Assembly (NCBI GenBank): GCA_963749915.1
Contig: CAVVOP010000005.1
Coordinates: 224,001 to 288,000, forward strand
DNA length: 64,000 nucleotides
Source: an uncultured cyanobacterium
Lineage (GTDB): Bacteria; Cyanobacteriota; Cyanobacteriia; Cyanobacteriales; Cyanobacteriaceae
Direction of reading: 5' to 3'
The notes beneath the pieces were generated by a model. That model had not been told where the DNA came from, did no database searches, and saw only the letters and a list, made by a program, of their open reading frames with translations. The position numbers and the translations under genes were made by a program. Of this stretch, positions 41,668 through 53,223 are shown one piece after another; positions within the stretch are counted from its first letter, which is position 1, and each line of letters starts with the position of its first letter.

Positions 41668-41995
41668 GTAAGCGTTCAGGGGGTAACGAAATGTGGTAGT
41701 TTAGGGAAATGCAACAAAAGCAACTACTAAAGACTAATTTTTTGTAACCGTTCAGGGAGGTAGCAAATTTCCCTAAACCTAAAAAGCCAAACACCTGATT
41801 GATTCAATAGGGTTTTAGCGAATTATTAGTCTATAAATAAAGTCTGCCCAAAATGGCAAAAAAATATATCAAGGAGGGTAATAGCACTTTTAACTATTAA
41901 AAATAATACGAAAAAAATCATATTGAGCCTAGTTTTCGTACTGATCTCCCTCGATTTAATATAGAGCATTTTTTACGCCCCCCTTGAACAGTTAC
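41668..41995. mobile_element. Nested IS66-like end remnants / MITE without transposase
   Basis: GTAAGCGTTCAGGGGG (41668), GTAACCGTTCAGGGAGG (41744) and inverted CCCCCCTTGAACAGTTAC (41978-41995); flanks of 41744-41995 are AATTTTTT and AATTTTTA. Confidence 0.7.
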
Positions 41996-42207
41996 AATTT
42001 TTATAAGTATATCAAATTGTAAGTACCTTGTCTTATGCTATGCTATTTTGACAAAAAAAATACGCAAGAAAATAACCCTTGTCAAGGGAGCTGATCAAAG
42101 TTACAATAGATGATCTGAATATTCCGTGAACAAAACTGATAGATTCCTGTTCCTAAGGTTTTTGTCTGAATATATTTAATTAAAGTAATCCATATAAGAA
42201 TAAGATA

Positions 42208-42504
42208 GTGGCTAACTCAAAATCTGCACTCAAAAGAATCGCAATCAACGAGCGTAATCGTATGCGTAATAAGGCTTATAAATCTGCGGTTAAAACCCTA
42301 ATGAAAAAATATTTCCAGGCAGTAGAGGCTTATGTTTCTTCTCCTAGTGAAGAACAGTTACAAACCGTACAAAGTTCCATGTCTATGGCTTATAGCAAAA
42401 TTGACAAAGCCGTAAAAACAGGGGTTTACCATAAAAATAACGCCGCTAGAAAAAAAGCTAGATTGGCTAAAGCCTTGAAAAACGTTGTACCTCAAGCCTC
42501 TTAA
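42208..42504 (+). CDS. rpsT: 30S ribosomal protein S20
   Basis: [11 protein letters not shown]...[25 protein letters not shown]. Confidence 0.97.
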   Translation: MANSKSALKRIAINERNRMRNKAYKSAVKTLMKKYFQAVEAYVSSPSEEQLQTVQSSMSMAYSKIDKAVKTGVYHKNNAARKKARLAKALKNVVPQAS

Positions 42505-42624
42505 GATGTCTTTAAAAGCAAAAACAAATTAGCGTTATGATAATTAGTCCCTAGACTTATATCTTTAAGCATGGAAATATAAATGATAACTTGATCATTT
42601 GTAATACTAAAATCACAAACAAGA

Positions 42625-43401
42625 ATGCAACTTATTGATACCCACGTTCATATAAACTTTGATCTGTTCAAAGGGGATTTGGATTCAGTATCTGCCCGTT
42701 GGCAGTCCGCAGGAATTAGTAAATTGGTTCACTCCTGTGTCCATCCTGACGAATTTGAAAGTATTAAACAGTTGTCTTTACAATTTCCTGAGTTGTATTG
42801 TGCCGTAGGCTTACATCCTTTAGACGTCCATAGATGGCAGGGAGAAAAAACCTACCAGCAAATTTTAGCATCTGCTAAATCTCATGGCAAAGTTGTTGCC
42901 ATTGGCGAAATGGGATTAGATTTCTATAAAGACGATCAACAAGAGCTACAAAAAGAAGTTTTTTGGCAACAGTTGACCATCGCACAGCAATTGAATAAAC
43001 CAGTGATTATTCACTGTAGGGATGCGGCTAGTACTCTACAAGGTATTTTGTGTAAATTTATCCACGAAAAGGGAAAAATAACAGGAGTAATGCACTGTTG
43101 GTCAGGAAATCCACAGCAAACCCAATGGTTTTTGGACCTAGGAATGTATATTAGTTTCAGCGGTATTGTTACTTTTAAAAGTGCCAAAATAGTACAGGCT
43201 AGTGCTGCTATAGTACCTAACGATCGCCTTTTAATTGAAACGGACTGTCCTTTTTTAGCACCGACACCTTATCGGGGTAAAAGAAACGAACCTGCTTATG
43301 TACTCAATGTGGCGGAAAAATTGGCTCAAATAAGGGGAGAATCATTGGCGACCATCGCCCGACAAACTTACGATAACGCCTGTAGATTGTTTAATATCTA
43401 A
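42625..43401 (+). CDS. tatD: TatD family hydrolase
   Basis: [33 protein letters not shown]. Confidence 0.95.
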   Translation: MQLIDTHVHINFDLFKGDLDSVSARWQSAGISKLVHSCVHPDEFESIKQLSLQFPELYCAVGLHPLDVHRWQGEKTYQQILASAKSHGKVVAIGEMGLDFYKDDQQELQKEVFWQQLTIAQQLNKPVIIHCRDAASTLQGILCKFIHEKGKITGVMHCWSGNPQQTQWFLDLGMYISFSGIVTFKSAKIVQASAAIVPNDRLLIETDCPFLAPTPYRGKRNEPAYVLNVAEKLAQIRGESLATIARQTYDNACRLFNI

Positions 43402-43516
43402 TGGGGAATGGGGAATGGGCAGTGGTAAAGATTTTCAGTCTTTTAGCCCTTATAGTCCTCTTATTAACTCCGAACTTCTGAACTCTGAATTTATACGATA
43501 ATCAAATAACCGATAA

Positions 43517-46500
43517 TTGACAACTGATCCTATGAGAACCCAAGAACTGTTACCTGATTTAATCGAAATTCAACGCTCCAGCTATAAATGGTTTTTAGAG
43601 CATGGCATTATTGAAGAACTCAACAGTTTTACACCGATAACCGACTATGCCGGTAAACTAGAATTACACTTTATCGGGGAAAAATACCGACTCAAAGAGC
43701 CGAAATACTATATAGAAGAAGCAAAAAAAAGAGATGCCAGTTATTCCGTTCAAGTTTATGTCCCTACATTATTATTAAACAAAGAGACCGGAGAACGTAA
43801 AGAGCAAGAAGTCTTTATTGGTGACTTACCTTTGATGACCGATAGAGGTACATTCCTGATTAATGGTGCGGAAAGAGTCATTGTCAATCAAATCGTGCGA
43901 TCGCCAGGAGTTTATTTCAAATCAGAATTAGACAAAAATGGTAAAAGAACCTACTCCGCTTCTGTTATTCCCAACCGGGGTGCCTGGTTAAAGTTTGAAA
44001 CCGATAAACACGGCGTAGTGTGGGTAAGAATCGACAAAACTCGTAAAATTTCTGCCCAGGTGTTATTAAAAGCAATGGGATTGAGTGATCGAGAAATTAT
44101 GGATCGTCTCCGTCATCCAGATTTTTATCAAAAAACCCTCGAAAAAGAAGGTAATCCCACCACTGACGAGGCTTTAATGGAACTATACCGCAAATTACGT
44201 CCGGGTGAACCTCCTACCGTAAGCGGTGGTCAAGCATTATTAGAAACCCGTTTCTTTGACCCTAAACGCTACGATTTAGGTAAAGTTGGGCGCTATAAAA
44301 TGAACAAAAAACTGCGTCTTACCGTACCCTATAACCTAAGAGTTTTAACCGTAGAAGATATTTTATGTGTAGTTGATTATTTAATTAACCTTGAATTTGA
44401 TATTGGTAACGTTGATGACATTGATCATCTCGGTAATCGTCGGGTAAGAAGTGTAGGAGAATTGTTGCAGAATCAAGTTAGAGTCGGTTTATCCCGTTTA
44501 GAACGCATTATTCGGGAAAGAATGACCGTAGGAGATCCCAACACCCTTACCCCAGCTGCCCTAGTTAACCCTAAACCTCTAATAGCAGCCATTAAAGAGT
44601 TTTTCGGATCTTCTCAACTATCCCAGTTCATGGATCAAACTAACCCCTTAGCAGAATTGACCCATAAACGCCGCATTTCGGCATTGGGACCCGGTGGTTT
44701 AAGCCGAGATCGGGCTGGTTTTGCCGTGCGAGACATTCACCCTAGCCATTACGGAAGAATTTGTCCCGTAGAAACCCCGGAAGGACCAAATGCTGGTTTA
44801 ATCGGTTCATTAGCTACCTACGCCCGCGTTAACGAATATGGGTTTATTGCTACCCCCTACTATAAAGTCGAAAACGGTAAAGTACGTTGGGATTTACCCC
44901 CAGAATATTTAACGGCCGATGAAGAAGACGACAAAAGAGTAGCCCCAGGGGATTTATCCACCGACGAAAACGGCATTATTTTAGGAGAAAGTGTACCTAT
45001 TCGTTACCGTCAGGAATTTTCCACAACATCTCCCACTCAGGTTGATTATGTGGCTGTGTCCCCGGTACAAATCGTCTCCGTAGCAACCTCCATGATTCCT
45101 TTCTTAGAGCATGATGACGCTAACCGTGCGTTAATGGGATCTAACATGCAACGTCAAGCAGTACCCTTATTAAGGGCAGAACGCCCTCTTGTGGGCACTG
45201 GTTTAGAAGGTCAAGCTGCACGAGATTCAGGAATGGTAATTGTTTCCCGTGACTATGGTACGATTACCTACGCCGATGCTAAAACCATCAAACTCAAAAC
45301 CGATGATGATCGTGAAATTGTTTATAATCTTCAAAAATACGAGCGCTCGAACCAAGACACTTGTTTAAATCAAAATCCTTTAGTAGATGAAGGGGAAGAA
45401 GTCGTTCCCGGACAAGTGTTGGCAGATGGTTCAGCCACCGAAGGGGGAGAATTGGCTTTGGGGCAGAATATCACCGTCGCTTATATGCCTTGGGAGGGTT
45501 ACAATTATGAAGACGCTATTTTGATTAGTGAACGTTTGGTACAAGAGGATGTTTATACCACCATTCACATTGAAAAACACGAAATCGAAGCCCGTCAAAC
45601 AAAATTAGGTCCTGAAGAAATTACCCGTGAAATTCCCAACGTGGGAGAAGATTCCCTTTTGAACCTTGACGAACAGGGTATTATTCGGGTTGGTGCCTGG
45701 GTAGAATCCGGTGATATTCTAGTGGGTAAAGTTACTCCTAAAGGGGAATCGGATCAACCCCCAGAAGAAAAATTATTGCGAGCAATTTTTGGGGAAAAAG
45801 CCAGAGATGTCCGTGATAATTCCTTACGCTTACCTAACGGCGAAAAAGGACGGATTGTTTATGTCCGAGTCTTTACCCGTGAACAAGGGGACGAATTACC
45901 TCCCGGTGCAAATATGGTTGTAAGAGTTTATATCGCTCAAAAACGGAAAATTCAAGTAGGGGATAAAATGGCGGGGCGACACGGTAATAAAGGCATTATT
46001 TCCCGTATTTTGGCAAGGGAGGATATGCCTTATTGTCCTGATGGTAGTCCTGTTGACATTGTCCTTAATCCCTTGGGTGTACCGTCTCGCATGAACGTGG
46101 GTCAAGTATTTGAATGTTTGCTCGGTTGGGCCGGAGAACATTTAGGTTATCGTTTTAAAATGACTCCTTTTGACGAGATGTATGGAGAAGAAGCCTCCCG
46201 CAACACCGTTAACGATTTACTGCGACAAGCGGCGAAAAAACCCAATAAAGAGTGGGTATTTGACGAAAATAATCCAGGCAAAATCCAATTATATGATGGT
46301 CGTACTGGAGAACCTTTCGATCGTCCTGTAACGGTGGGCAAGGCCTATATGCTCAAATTAGTCCACTTAGTTGATGATAAGATCCACGCTCGTTCTACAG
46401 GTCCTTATTCTCTTGTAACTCAACAACCCCTCGGCGGTAAAGCTCAACAAGGAGGACAAAGATTCGGAGAAATGGAAGTATGGGCATTGGAGGCCTATGG

Positions 46501-46798
46501 GGCGGCTTATACTTTACAAGAGTTACTAACCGTCAAGTCCGATGATATGCAGGGCAGAAATGAAGCCTTAAATGCCATCGTCAAAGGTCGAGCGATTCCT
46601 CGTCCGGGTACTCCTGAATCCTTTAAGGTACTTTTGAGAGAATTACAATCCCTAGGATTGGATGTTTCTGTTCATAAAGTCTTAGATGGCAATGAAGAGG
46701 TCGAAATTAACCTAATGGATAGCGGAAACCGTACTCCAAAACGTCCTACTTACGAGAATCTGGCTAGTTTGGGTCAAGATGACGACGACGAATATTAA
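43517..46798 (+). CDS. rpoB: RNA polymerase beta subunit
   Basis: [43 protein letters not shown]; start TTG 43517 or ATG 43532. Confidence 0.98.
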   Translation: MTTDPMRTQELLPDLIEIQRSSYKWFLEHGIIEELNSFTPITDYAGKLELHFIGEKYRLKEPKYYIEEAKKRDASYSVQVYVPTLLLNKETGERKEQEVFIGDLPLMTDRGTFLINGAERVIVNQIVRSPGVYFKSELDKNGKRTYSASVIPNRGAWLKFETDKHGVVWVRIDKTRKISAQVLLKAMGLSDREIMDRLRHPDFYQKTLEKEGNPTTDEALMELYRKLRPGEPPTVSGGQALLETRFFDPKRYDLGKVGRYKMNKKLRLTVPYNLRVLTVEDILCVVDYLINLEFDIGNVDDIDHLGNRRVRSVGELLQNQVRVGLSRLERIIRERMTVGDPNTLTPAALVNPKPLIAAIKEFFGSSQLSQFMDQTNPLAELTHKRRISALGPGGLSRDRAGFAVRDIHPSHYGRICPVETPEGPNAGLIGSLATYARVNEYGFIATPYYKVENGKVRWDLPPEYLTADEEDDKRVAPGDLSTDENGIILGESVPIRYRQEFSTTSPTQVDYVAVSPVQIVSVATSMIPFLEHDDANRALMGSNMQRQAVPLLRAERPLVGTGLEGQAARDSGMVIVSRDYGTITYADAKTIKLKTDDDREIVYNLQKYERSNQDTCLNQNPLVDEGEEVVPGQVLADGSATEGGELALGQNITVAYMPWEGYNYEDAILISERLVQEDVYTTIHIEKHEIEARQTKLGPEEITREIPNVGEDSLLNLDEQGIIRVGAWVESGDILVGKVTPKGESDQPPEEKLLRAIFGEKARDVRDNSLRLPNGEKGRIVYVRVFTREQGDELPPGANMVVRVYIAQKRKIQVGDKMAGRHGNKGIISRILAREDMPYCPDGSPVDIVLNPLGVPSRMNVGQVFECLLGWAGEHLGYRFKMTPFDEMYGEEASRNTVNDLLRQAAKKPNKEWVFDENNPGKIQLYDGRTGEPFDRPVTVGKAYMLKLVHLVDDKIHARSTGPYSLVTQQPLGGKAQQGGQRFGEMEVWALEAYGAAYTLQELLTVKSDDMQGRNEALNAIVKGRAIPRPGTPESFKVLLRELQSLGLDVSVHKVLDGNEEVEINLMDSGNRTPKRPTYENLASLGQDDDDEY

Positions 46799-46926
46799 TT
46801 AGGAATAAGGAATGGGAAATTTAGAATTGAGAATTTAAAACTTAGAATTAATAAATTCTTCCCCCTCTCCTTCTCTTCCCCTTCTTTTCAGCATCAAGAA
46901 ATAAAATCAACTATCAACTAACAAAT

Positions 46927-49900
46927 ATGGCTACTGAGAAAAAAACCCAGACTTTTTATAATATCGTTATTGATAAAGGGGCACTAAAAAAACTGATTTC
47001 TAAAACTTTCACCGAATATGGATCTGCTCGTTGTTCCTCCGTTTGTGACAAACTCAAAACAATGGGTTTTCGTTATGCCACTCAAGCGGCAGTCTCTATC
47101 AGTGTTGAAGATTTGAAAGTGCCTGAAAGTAAAAAAGCCATGTTGGCCGAAGCGGAAGTTACTATTAAAAATACGATCAATCGCTATGCCAACGGCGAAA
47201 TTACTGAGGTTGAGCGTTTTCAAAAAGTAATTGATACCTGGAATGACACTTCAGAATCCCTTAAAGATGAGGTAGTGCGGAACTTCCGTCAATCTGATCC
47301 CCTCAATTCCGTCTATATGATGGCATTTTCTGGGGCCAGGGGGAATATTAGTCAAGTTCGTCAGTTGGTTGGTATGCGGGGCTTGATGGCTGATCCGCAA
47401 GGGGAAATTATCGATTTACCAATTAAAACCAATTTTCGTGAAGGATTAACTGTTACAGAATATATTATTTCTTCCTACGGTGCCAGAAAAGGCCTAGTGG
47501 ATACGGCATTACGCACTGCTGACTCTGGTTATTTAACCCGTCGTTTGGTGGATGTTTCTCAAGATGTAATTATTCGAGAAACTGACTGCGGTACAACAAA
47601 AGGGGTGACTGCTTTACCAATGAAAGACGGTGAAAGAGTTTTAATTCCTTTAGGTGACCGCCTTTTAGGTCGAGTTTTAGGAGAAGATGTAACAGATCCT
47701 AACACTGGGGAAATAATCGGTATTCGCAATCAAGCTATCGATGCTGATTTAGCCAAAGCCATTGGTAAGGCAGTGGATAAAGTAAAAGTCAGATCCCCTC
47801 TCACCTGTGAAACCGCCCGTTCTGTCTGTCAAAAATGTTATGGTTGGTCATTGGCCCACGGGGATTGGGTAAATATGGGTGAAGCTATCGGTATTATCTC
47901 TGCCCAGTCTATTGGTGAACCCGGTACTCAGTTAACCATGCGTACTTTTCACACTGGTGGGGTATTTACGGGAGAAGTGGCCCAACGTATTACCACCCCC
48001 AAAGCTGGTACGGTTAAATTTGATAAAAAACTCAAAGTCAGAGATACTCGAACCCGTCACGGGGATCAAAAGTTATTAGTAGAAATCTCTGGTAACATTC
48101 TTGTAGGAGAGACTAAGATTAATGTTCCTGCGGGTAGTTTATTAGCCGTCAGAGAAGGAGATATAGTCGTCGTTGATGATTTATTGGCGGAAGTAATGCC
48201 CCAAAAAACGAGATCTACGGAAAGAGTAACCAAAGATGTTTCCTCTGATTTGGCAGGAGAGGTTTATTTTGCCGATATTTCTCCCGAAAGTAAAACCGAT
48301 AGACAGGGCAACACGACCACCACTGTCACTCGTAATGGCTTAATTTGGGTGCTTTCAGGACAGGTTTATAATTTACCTCCGGGTGCTGAACCAGTAGTCA
48401 AAAACGGCGATAAAATTCAAGTGGGTTCAGTGTTGGCGGAAACTAAACTCAGAACCAAAAGCGGTGGTGTTTGTCGTTTTGAAGAGGGTAGTCGAGAAAT
48501 TGAGATTATCACGGCTTCTATCTCTTTAGATCAATCAGATGTTTACCTTGAACATAACGGCATTCAACAACAATATGTTATTCATACAGCCAAGGGCGAT
48601 CGCTTTGCCTTAAAAGTCGTCCCTGGCACCAAAGTCCAAAATAGTCAAGTGGTTGCGGAATTGATTGACGATACTTTCAGAACCAATACTGGTGGTATCA
48701 TGCGTTATGCCGGTTTAGAAACTGGACGCGGCAACCGTAAACAAGGCTATGAGGTCACAAAAGAAGGGACTTTAATTTGGATTCCTGAAGAAAGCCACGA
48801 AATCAATAAAGATATCTCTCTGTTGTTGGTTGAAGATGGTCAATATGTGGAAGCAGGGACAGAAGTAGTTAAAGATATTTTTTGTCAATCGAGCGGTATT
48901 ATTGAAGTCATCCAAAAAAATGACATTTTACGGGAAATCATCATTAAACCCGGACATTTATACATGGATTTAGATCCTGATTACTTAGCCACCATCGAAG
49001 ACGGTGCGATTATCCCTCCAGGTGCACAAATCCCATCGGGATCCGTCACAGAAGATGAATTTTTAGCTGAATTTGTCGATACTAACGAAGGTGTTGGTTT
49101 ATTATTACGCCCCATGAAACAGTATGAGATCTTTAATACCACTGAATCTCCCTCTCAAGAGTCTTTAAACACCGCAGGGGGGACAATCAATCTTCGTCCT
49201 GTATTGCGTATTTTCTTTAAAGATGGTGAGCGAGTTAAGAGTGTTGAAGGTGTGCAACTTGTCACCACTCAGTTAATGCTAGAAACAATAGGGGGGATGA
49301 GTGCCGATATTGAATTAATACCCCATGAAACAGAAGAAGATGGTTTTCGTCTGCAAATTGTGGTGTTAGAATCCGTGATGTTACGCAGAGAATTGGAAAC
49401 GGAAGCGAATATCATCACCCGTGTGTTAGTGGAGGATGGACAAGAAATTGCTCCGGGCGCTGTGGTGGGCACAACAGAAATTCTTTGTTTGGAAAACGGC
49501 ACTATTCAGGGGATTCGAGAAGGTTTAGAAGCTATTCGTCGTATCTTAATAGTCAGAGATGCTGATAACATTGACATTGAATTTGATGTTGATACAAAAT
49601 TACAGCAAAAAGTTGGGAACTATGTTACTCAAAGTGACTATTTAGACGTAGATAAACAAATACCTTTTCCCGAATCTGGGTTAATTACTCATATCAGCAA
49701 GGGAAAACTAATTTTGCGTTATGCTCGTCCTTATCGTGTATCTCCGGGGGCAATTCTTCACATCGAACAGGGAGACTTAGTACAACGGGGAGATAACCTA
49801 GTATTACTTGTATTTGAACGGTCAAAAACTGGGGATATTGTCCAAGGTTTGCCGAGAATCGAAGAATTATTAGAAGCTCGTAAACCCAAAGAACCTGCAC

Positions 49901-50850
49901 TTCTATCACGAAGACCGGGTTTTTGTCAGGTAGAATATCGAGATGATGAAGCTATCGACGTCAAGGTCATTGAGGATGATGGCACTATCTCTGAATATCC
50001 TATCAGTCAAAACCAAAATATTATCGTCAATGATAATCAACGGGTAGAAGTGGGAGAACCTTTAACAGACGGCTTACCTAGTCCCCACGAACTTTTAGAA
50101 GTGTTCTATGAATATTATCAAGAACACATGGGAATGTATGATGCGGCATTAGCGGCATTACAAAAAGCTCAATTATTTTTGGTCAATCAAGTACAAGGGG
50201 TTTATCAATCTCAAGGTATTGATATTTCTGATAAACACATTGAAGTAATTGTCCGTCAGATGACCTCTAAGGTAAGGGTTGATGATGGTGGTGATACTAT
50301 TCGCTTACCTGGTGAATTGGTAGAGTTACGGGAAATTGCCAAGGATAACGAAACCATGTCCATTACTGGTGGTGCACCTATACAATATACTCCTATGCTC
50401 ATGGGTATTACAAAATCTAGTTTAAACACCGATAGCTTTATTTCGGCAGCTAGTTTCCAAGAAACCACGAGAGTCTTGACAGAGGCGGCCATCGAAGGCA
50501 AATCCGATTGGTTACGAGGCTTAAAAGAAAATGTTATTATCGGTCGTTTGATTCCTGCTGGTACGGGTTACAATGCCTATGATCAACATCTCGACTGGGA
50601 TGATCCTGAATCTGATGTATCAAATGTGATTTCTTATAGTGATTCTTGGGAACAAGAGGAGAGTAATTCTTTATCCATGAGTGAAGTTGACGATGCCATT
50701 ATTGACGATCATGTAGCCAGAGTCTTGTCTCCCGATGAGACATTAGTCAGTGGTACATTAATTGATGATTATAGTGATCCTGATGATGATCCTGATGATG
50801 AGGATTTTGATTATGATCAAAATGACAATTACGACTACGATGAGGACTAG
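46927..50850 (+). CDS. rpoC2: RNA polymerase subunit RpoC2 (C-terminal part of the split cyanobacterial beta')
   Basis: [40 protein letters not shown], large SI3 insert, [11 protein letters not shown]; acidic tail. Confidence 0.98.
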   Translation: MATEKKTQTFYNIVIDKGALKKLISKTFTEYGSARCSSVCDKLKTMGFRYATQAAVSISVEDLKVPESKKAMLAEAEVTIKNTINRYANGEITEVERFQKVIDTWNDTSESLKDEVVRNFRQSDPLNSVYMMAFSGARGNISQVRQLVGMRGLMADPQGEIIDLPIKTNFREGLTVTEYIISSYGARKGLVDTALRTADSGYLTRRLVDVSQDVIIRETDCGTTKGVTALPMKDGERVLIPLGDRLLGRVLGEDVTDPNTGEIIGIRNQAIDADLAKAIGKAVDKVKVRSPLTCETARSVCQKCYGWSLAHGDWVNMGEAIGIISAQSIGEPGTQLTMRTFHTGGVFTGEVAQRITTPKAGTVKFDKKLKVRDTRTRHGDQKLLVEISGNILVGETKINVPAGSLLAVREGDIVVVDDLLAEVMPQKTRSTERVTKDVSSDLAGEVYFADISPESKTDRQGNTTTTVTRNGLIWVLSGQVYNLPPGAEPVVKNGDKIQVGSVLAETKLRTKSGGVCRFEEGSREIEIITASISLDQSDVYLEHNGIQQQYVIHTAKGDRFALKVVPGTKVQNSQVVAELIDDTFRTNTGGIMRYAGLETGRGNRKQGYEVTKEGTLIWIPEESHEINKDISLLLVEDGQYVEAGTEVVKDIFCQSSGIIEVIQKNDILREIIIKPGHLYMDLDPDYLATIEDGAIIPPGAQIPSGSVTEDEFLAEFVDTNEGVGLLLRPMKQYEIFNTTESPSQESLNTAGGTINLRPVLRIFFKDGERVKSVEGVQLVTTQLMLETIGGMSADIELIPHETEEDGFRLQIVVLESVMLRRELETEANIITRVLVEDGQEIAPGAVVGTTEILCLENGTIQGIREGLEAIRRILIVRDADNIDIEFDVDTKLQQKVGNYVTQSDYLDVDKQIPFPESGLITHISKGKLILRYARPYRVSPGAILHIEQGDLVQRGDNLVLLVFERSKTGDIVQGLPRIEELLEARKPKEPALLSRRPGFCQVEYRDDEAIDVKVIEDDGTISEYPISQNQNIIVNDNQRVEVGEPLTDGLPSPHELLEVFYEYYQEHMGMYDAALAALQKAQLFLVNQVQGVYQSQGIDISDKHIEVIVRQMTSKVRVDDGGDTIRLPGELVELREIAKDNETMSITGGAPIQYTPMLMGITKSSLNTDSFISAASFQETTRVLTEAAIEGKSDWLRGLKENVIIGRLIPAGTGYNAYDQHLDWDDPESDVSNVISYSDSWEQEESNSLSMSEVDDAIIDDHVARVLSPDETLVSGTLIDDYSDPDDDPDDEDFDYDQNDNYDYDED

Positions 50851-51015
50851 ATTTAAGTAATAATTAACAATTAACCCACTGTTCGCCTATTTTAGGTCGG
50901 GGTGGGAATAAATTACTATTTCATCTAATCGACAATCAATAAAATTATTAATTGTTCACTACTAATTGTCTTACTATGATATAATCTGAGAGATTTTAAC
51001 CCTATAAATTGAGTA

Positions 51016-52065
51016 ATGGCTGAGACACGCACAAAAATAGCAGTGGATGCAATGGGCGGAGATAACGCCCCTGATGAGATTGTTGCCGGTGCAATCCGTG
51101 CCGCGGCAGAACTTGAAGTCGATATACTATTGGTCGGTGATCCTGAAGCAATTCAGACACAAATAGAAAAACATGGTAACACTATCAACAATATCGAAAT
51201 TGTACCTGCTGATGGTGTTGTCTCTATGGATGAAGAAGCACTTGTGGGCGTTCGCCGAAAACCTAACGCCTCTATTAATGTAGCCATGAGTTTGGTTAAG
51301 AAAAAACGAGCACAGGGGGTTGTCTCTGCGGGACATTCTGGGGCTGCTATGGCTGCAGCTTTACTGGGATTAGGTCGCATTAAAGGGATAGATCGTCCTG
51401 CCATTGGGGCTGTATTCCCTACCATGTACGCCAATAAATCGGTAATTGTTCTTGATGTGGGTGCCAATGTCGATTGTCGGCCTAAATATTTAGAACAGTT
51501 CGCCCTCATGGGATCGATATATAGTAAATATGTTTTAGAGGTTGAGGATCCCAAAGTAGGTTTAGTAAATATTGGGGAGGAATCTAGCAAGGGTAACGAA
51601 TTGGCGAAAGAAACCTATAAATTATTAAGTAGTAACCCTAAAATTTCCTTTCTTGGTAATGCGGAAGGGAGGGATGTACTGTCAGGAGATTTTGATGTAA
51701 TTGTTTGTGATGGTTTTGTTGGTAATGTTCTCCTTAAATTTGCGGAAGCGGTGGGAGAAATCATGTTACAGATTATCAGGGAAGAATTGCCATTCGGGAT
51801 AAGAGGCAAAATCGGTACAGGGATTTTAAAACCTAACCTCAAGCGCATTAAACAAAGAATTGATCACGCTGAACATGGAGGGGCATTACTTCTTGGTGTA
51901 AATGGTGTTTGTATTGTCAGTCATGGTAGTTCTCAAGCTCCTTCGATTTTCAACGCCATTCGTATTGCCAAAGAGGCGATCGGTCATGATGTGTTAGGGA
52001 GAATACAACAAGATCAAAATCTGGACATGGAAAAAGAGTTAGCAGTTGACAGTTATGAGAACTGA
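51016..52065 (+). CDS. plsX: Phosphate acyltransferase
   Basis: IAVDAMGGDNAP, SAGHSGA, LDVGAN, CDGFVGN. Confidence 0.96.
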   Translation: MAETRTKIAVDAMGGDNAPDEIVAGAIRAAAELEVDILLVGDPEAIQTQIEKHGNTINNIEIVPADGVVSMDEEALVGVRRKPNASINVAMSLVKKKRAQGVVSAGHSGAAMAAALLGLGRIKGIDRPAIGAVFPTMYANKSVIVLDVGANVDCRPKYLEQFALMGSIYSKYVLEVEDPKVGLVNIGEESSKGNELAKETYKLLSSNPKISFLGNAEGRDVLSGDFDVIVCDGFVGNVLLKFAEAVGEIMLQIIREELPFGIRGKIGTGILKPNLKRIKQRIDHAEHGGALLLGVNGVCIVSHGSSQAPSIFNAIRIAKEAIGHDVLGRIQQDQNLDMEKELAVDSYEN

Positions 52066-52167
52066 CCATTGATAATTGACAATCGTAGTTTTTACATAAA
52101 AAAAAGGAGTCAATATTAGTTAGTAGTTCACTGTTAATTAATTGTTCATTGTTAAAGGAGTAAATCA

Positions 52168-53169
52168 TTGGAGCAGGTTAAAAAAGGCGTTACTATTATT
52201 AGTAGTGGTTCGGCAACGGCTACCCAGGTGTTGGATAATCACGATTTAAGCAAAATAGTTGATACCTCAGATGATTGGATAAAAACCCGTACAGGTATCA
52301 GAAAACGCCATATTTCCTCTGTTAACTCTCTTAGTGATTTAGCTTCCCAAGCCGCTAAAAAAGCTATTCTTAACGCTGGTTTAACTTCGGCTGATATTGA
52401 TATGATCATTTTGGCAACTTCTACCCCCGATGATTTATTCGGTACTGCCAGTCAAATACAAGGGAAGATCGGTGCCATTAGGGCTGTCGCCTTTGATTTG
52501 ACCGCCGCCTGTTCTGGTTTTGTCTTTGCTTTGATTACGGCCAGTCAATTTATCCGTAATGGAGTCTATGAAAATATTGTCATTATCGGGGCAGATTGTT
52601 TATCCCGTTGGGTAGATTGGAGTGATAGAAATACTTGTGTTTTATTTGGTGATGGAGCTGGGGCTGTAGTCTGTCAAGCTAGTGAAGTTGGCGATCGCCT
52701 ATTAGGTTTTGAAATGTGTAGTAATGGGAAGCTAAACAGTGTTCTCAATTTAGCATATCAAGGGAAAGTAAAAAATATTGGTCATAATAAACAAATTACT
52801 CAGGGCCGATTTGGTAAAATTACGATGAATGGTAGGGAAGTTTATCGTTTTGCGGTGAATAAAGTCCCCGAAGTCATCGAAAAAGCCCTATTTAGAGCGG
52901 ATTTAACCACAGAACAAATAGACTGGCTAATTTTACACCAAGCGAACCAAAGAATTATCGAAGCCGTGGCCGAAAGATTAAGTATTCCCAGTTGGAAGGT
53001 AATTGCTAACCTCAGCGAATATGGTAACACCTCCGCCGCTTCTATTCCCCTCGCTTTGGATGAGGCCATCACCCACGGAAAAATTAGAAATGGTGATACT
53101 ATCATAACTTCTGGATTTGGTGCCGGTTTAACATGGGGTGCAGCAATTTTTCGATGGGGAAATTTTTAA
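52168..53169 (+). CDS. fabH: 3-oxoacyl-ACP synthase III
   Basis: AACSGF, LHQAN, GNTSAAS, GFGAGLTWG; TTG start with AGGAG SD. Confidence 0.96.
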   Translation: MEQVKKGVTIISSGSATATQVLDNHDLSKIVDTSDDWIKTRTGIRKRHISSVNSLSDLASQAAKKAILNAGLTSADIDMIILATSTPDDLFGTASQIQGKIGAIRAVAFDLTAACSGFVFALITASQFIRNGVYENIVIIGADCLSRWVDWSDRNTCVLFGDGAGAVVCQASEVGDRLLGFEMCSNGKLNSVLNLAYQGKVKNIGHNKQITQGRFGKITMNGREVYRFAVNKVPEVIEKALFRADLTTEQIDWLILHQANQRIIEAVAERLSIPSWKVIANLSEYGNTSAASIPLALDEAITHGKIRNGDTIITSGFGAGLTWGAAIFRWGNF

Positions 53170-53223
53170 CCATTGACAATTACTATCAAAAGAATTAAAA
53201 CCATTATTTGTTAACCTGCAATT

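Noticed and set aside
41668..41794. First ~42 codons of the 458-aa ORF (MFGFLGLG...PPERLR) as the native McrB N-terminus
   Set aside because: They lie within the IS66-like ends and are unlike the following coiled coil; treated as fortuitous read-through.
50875..50906. Hairpin after rpoC2 as an intrinsic terminator
   Set aside because: Imperfect stem and no following T-run; may stabilise the transcript but not called.
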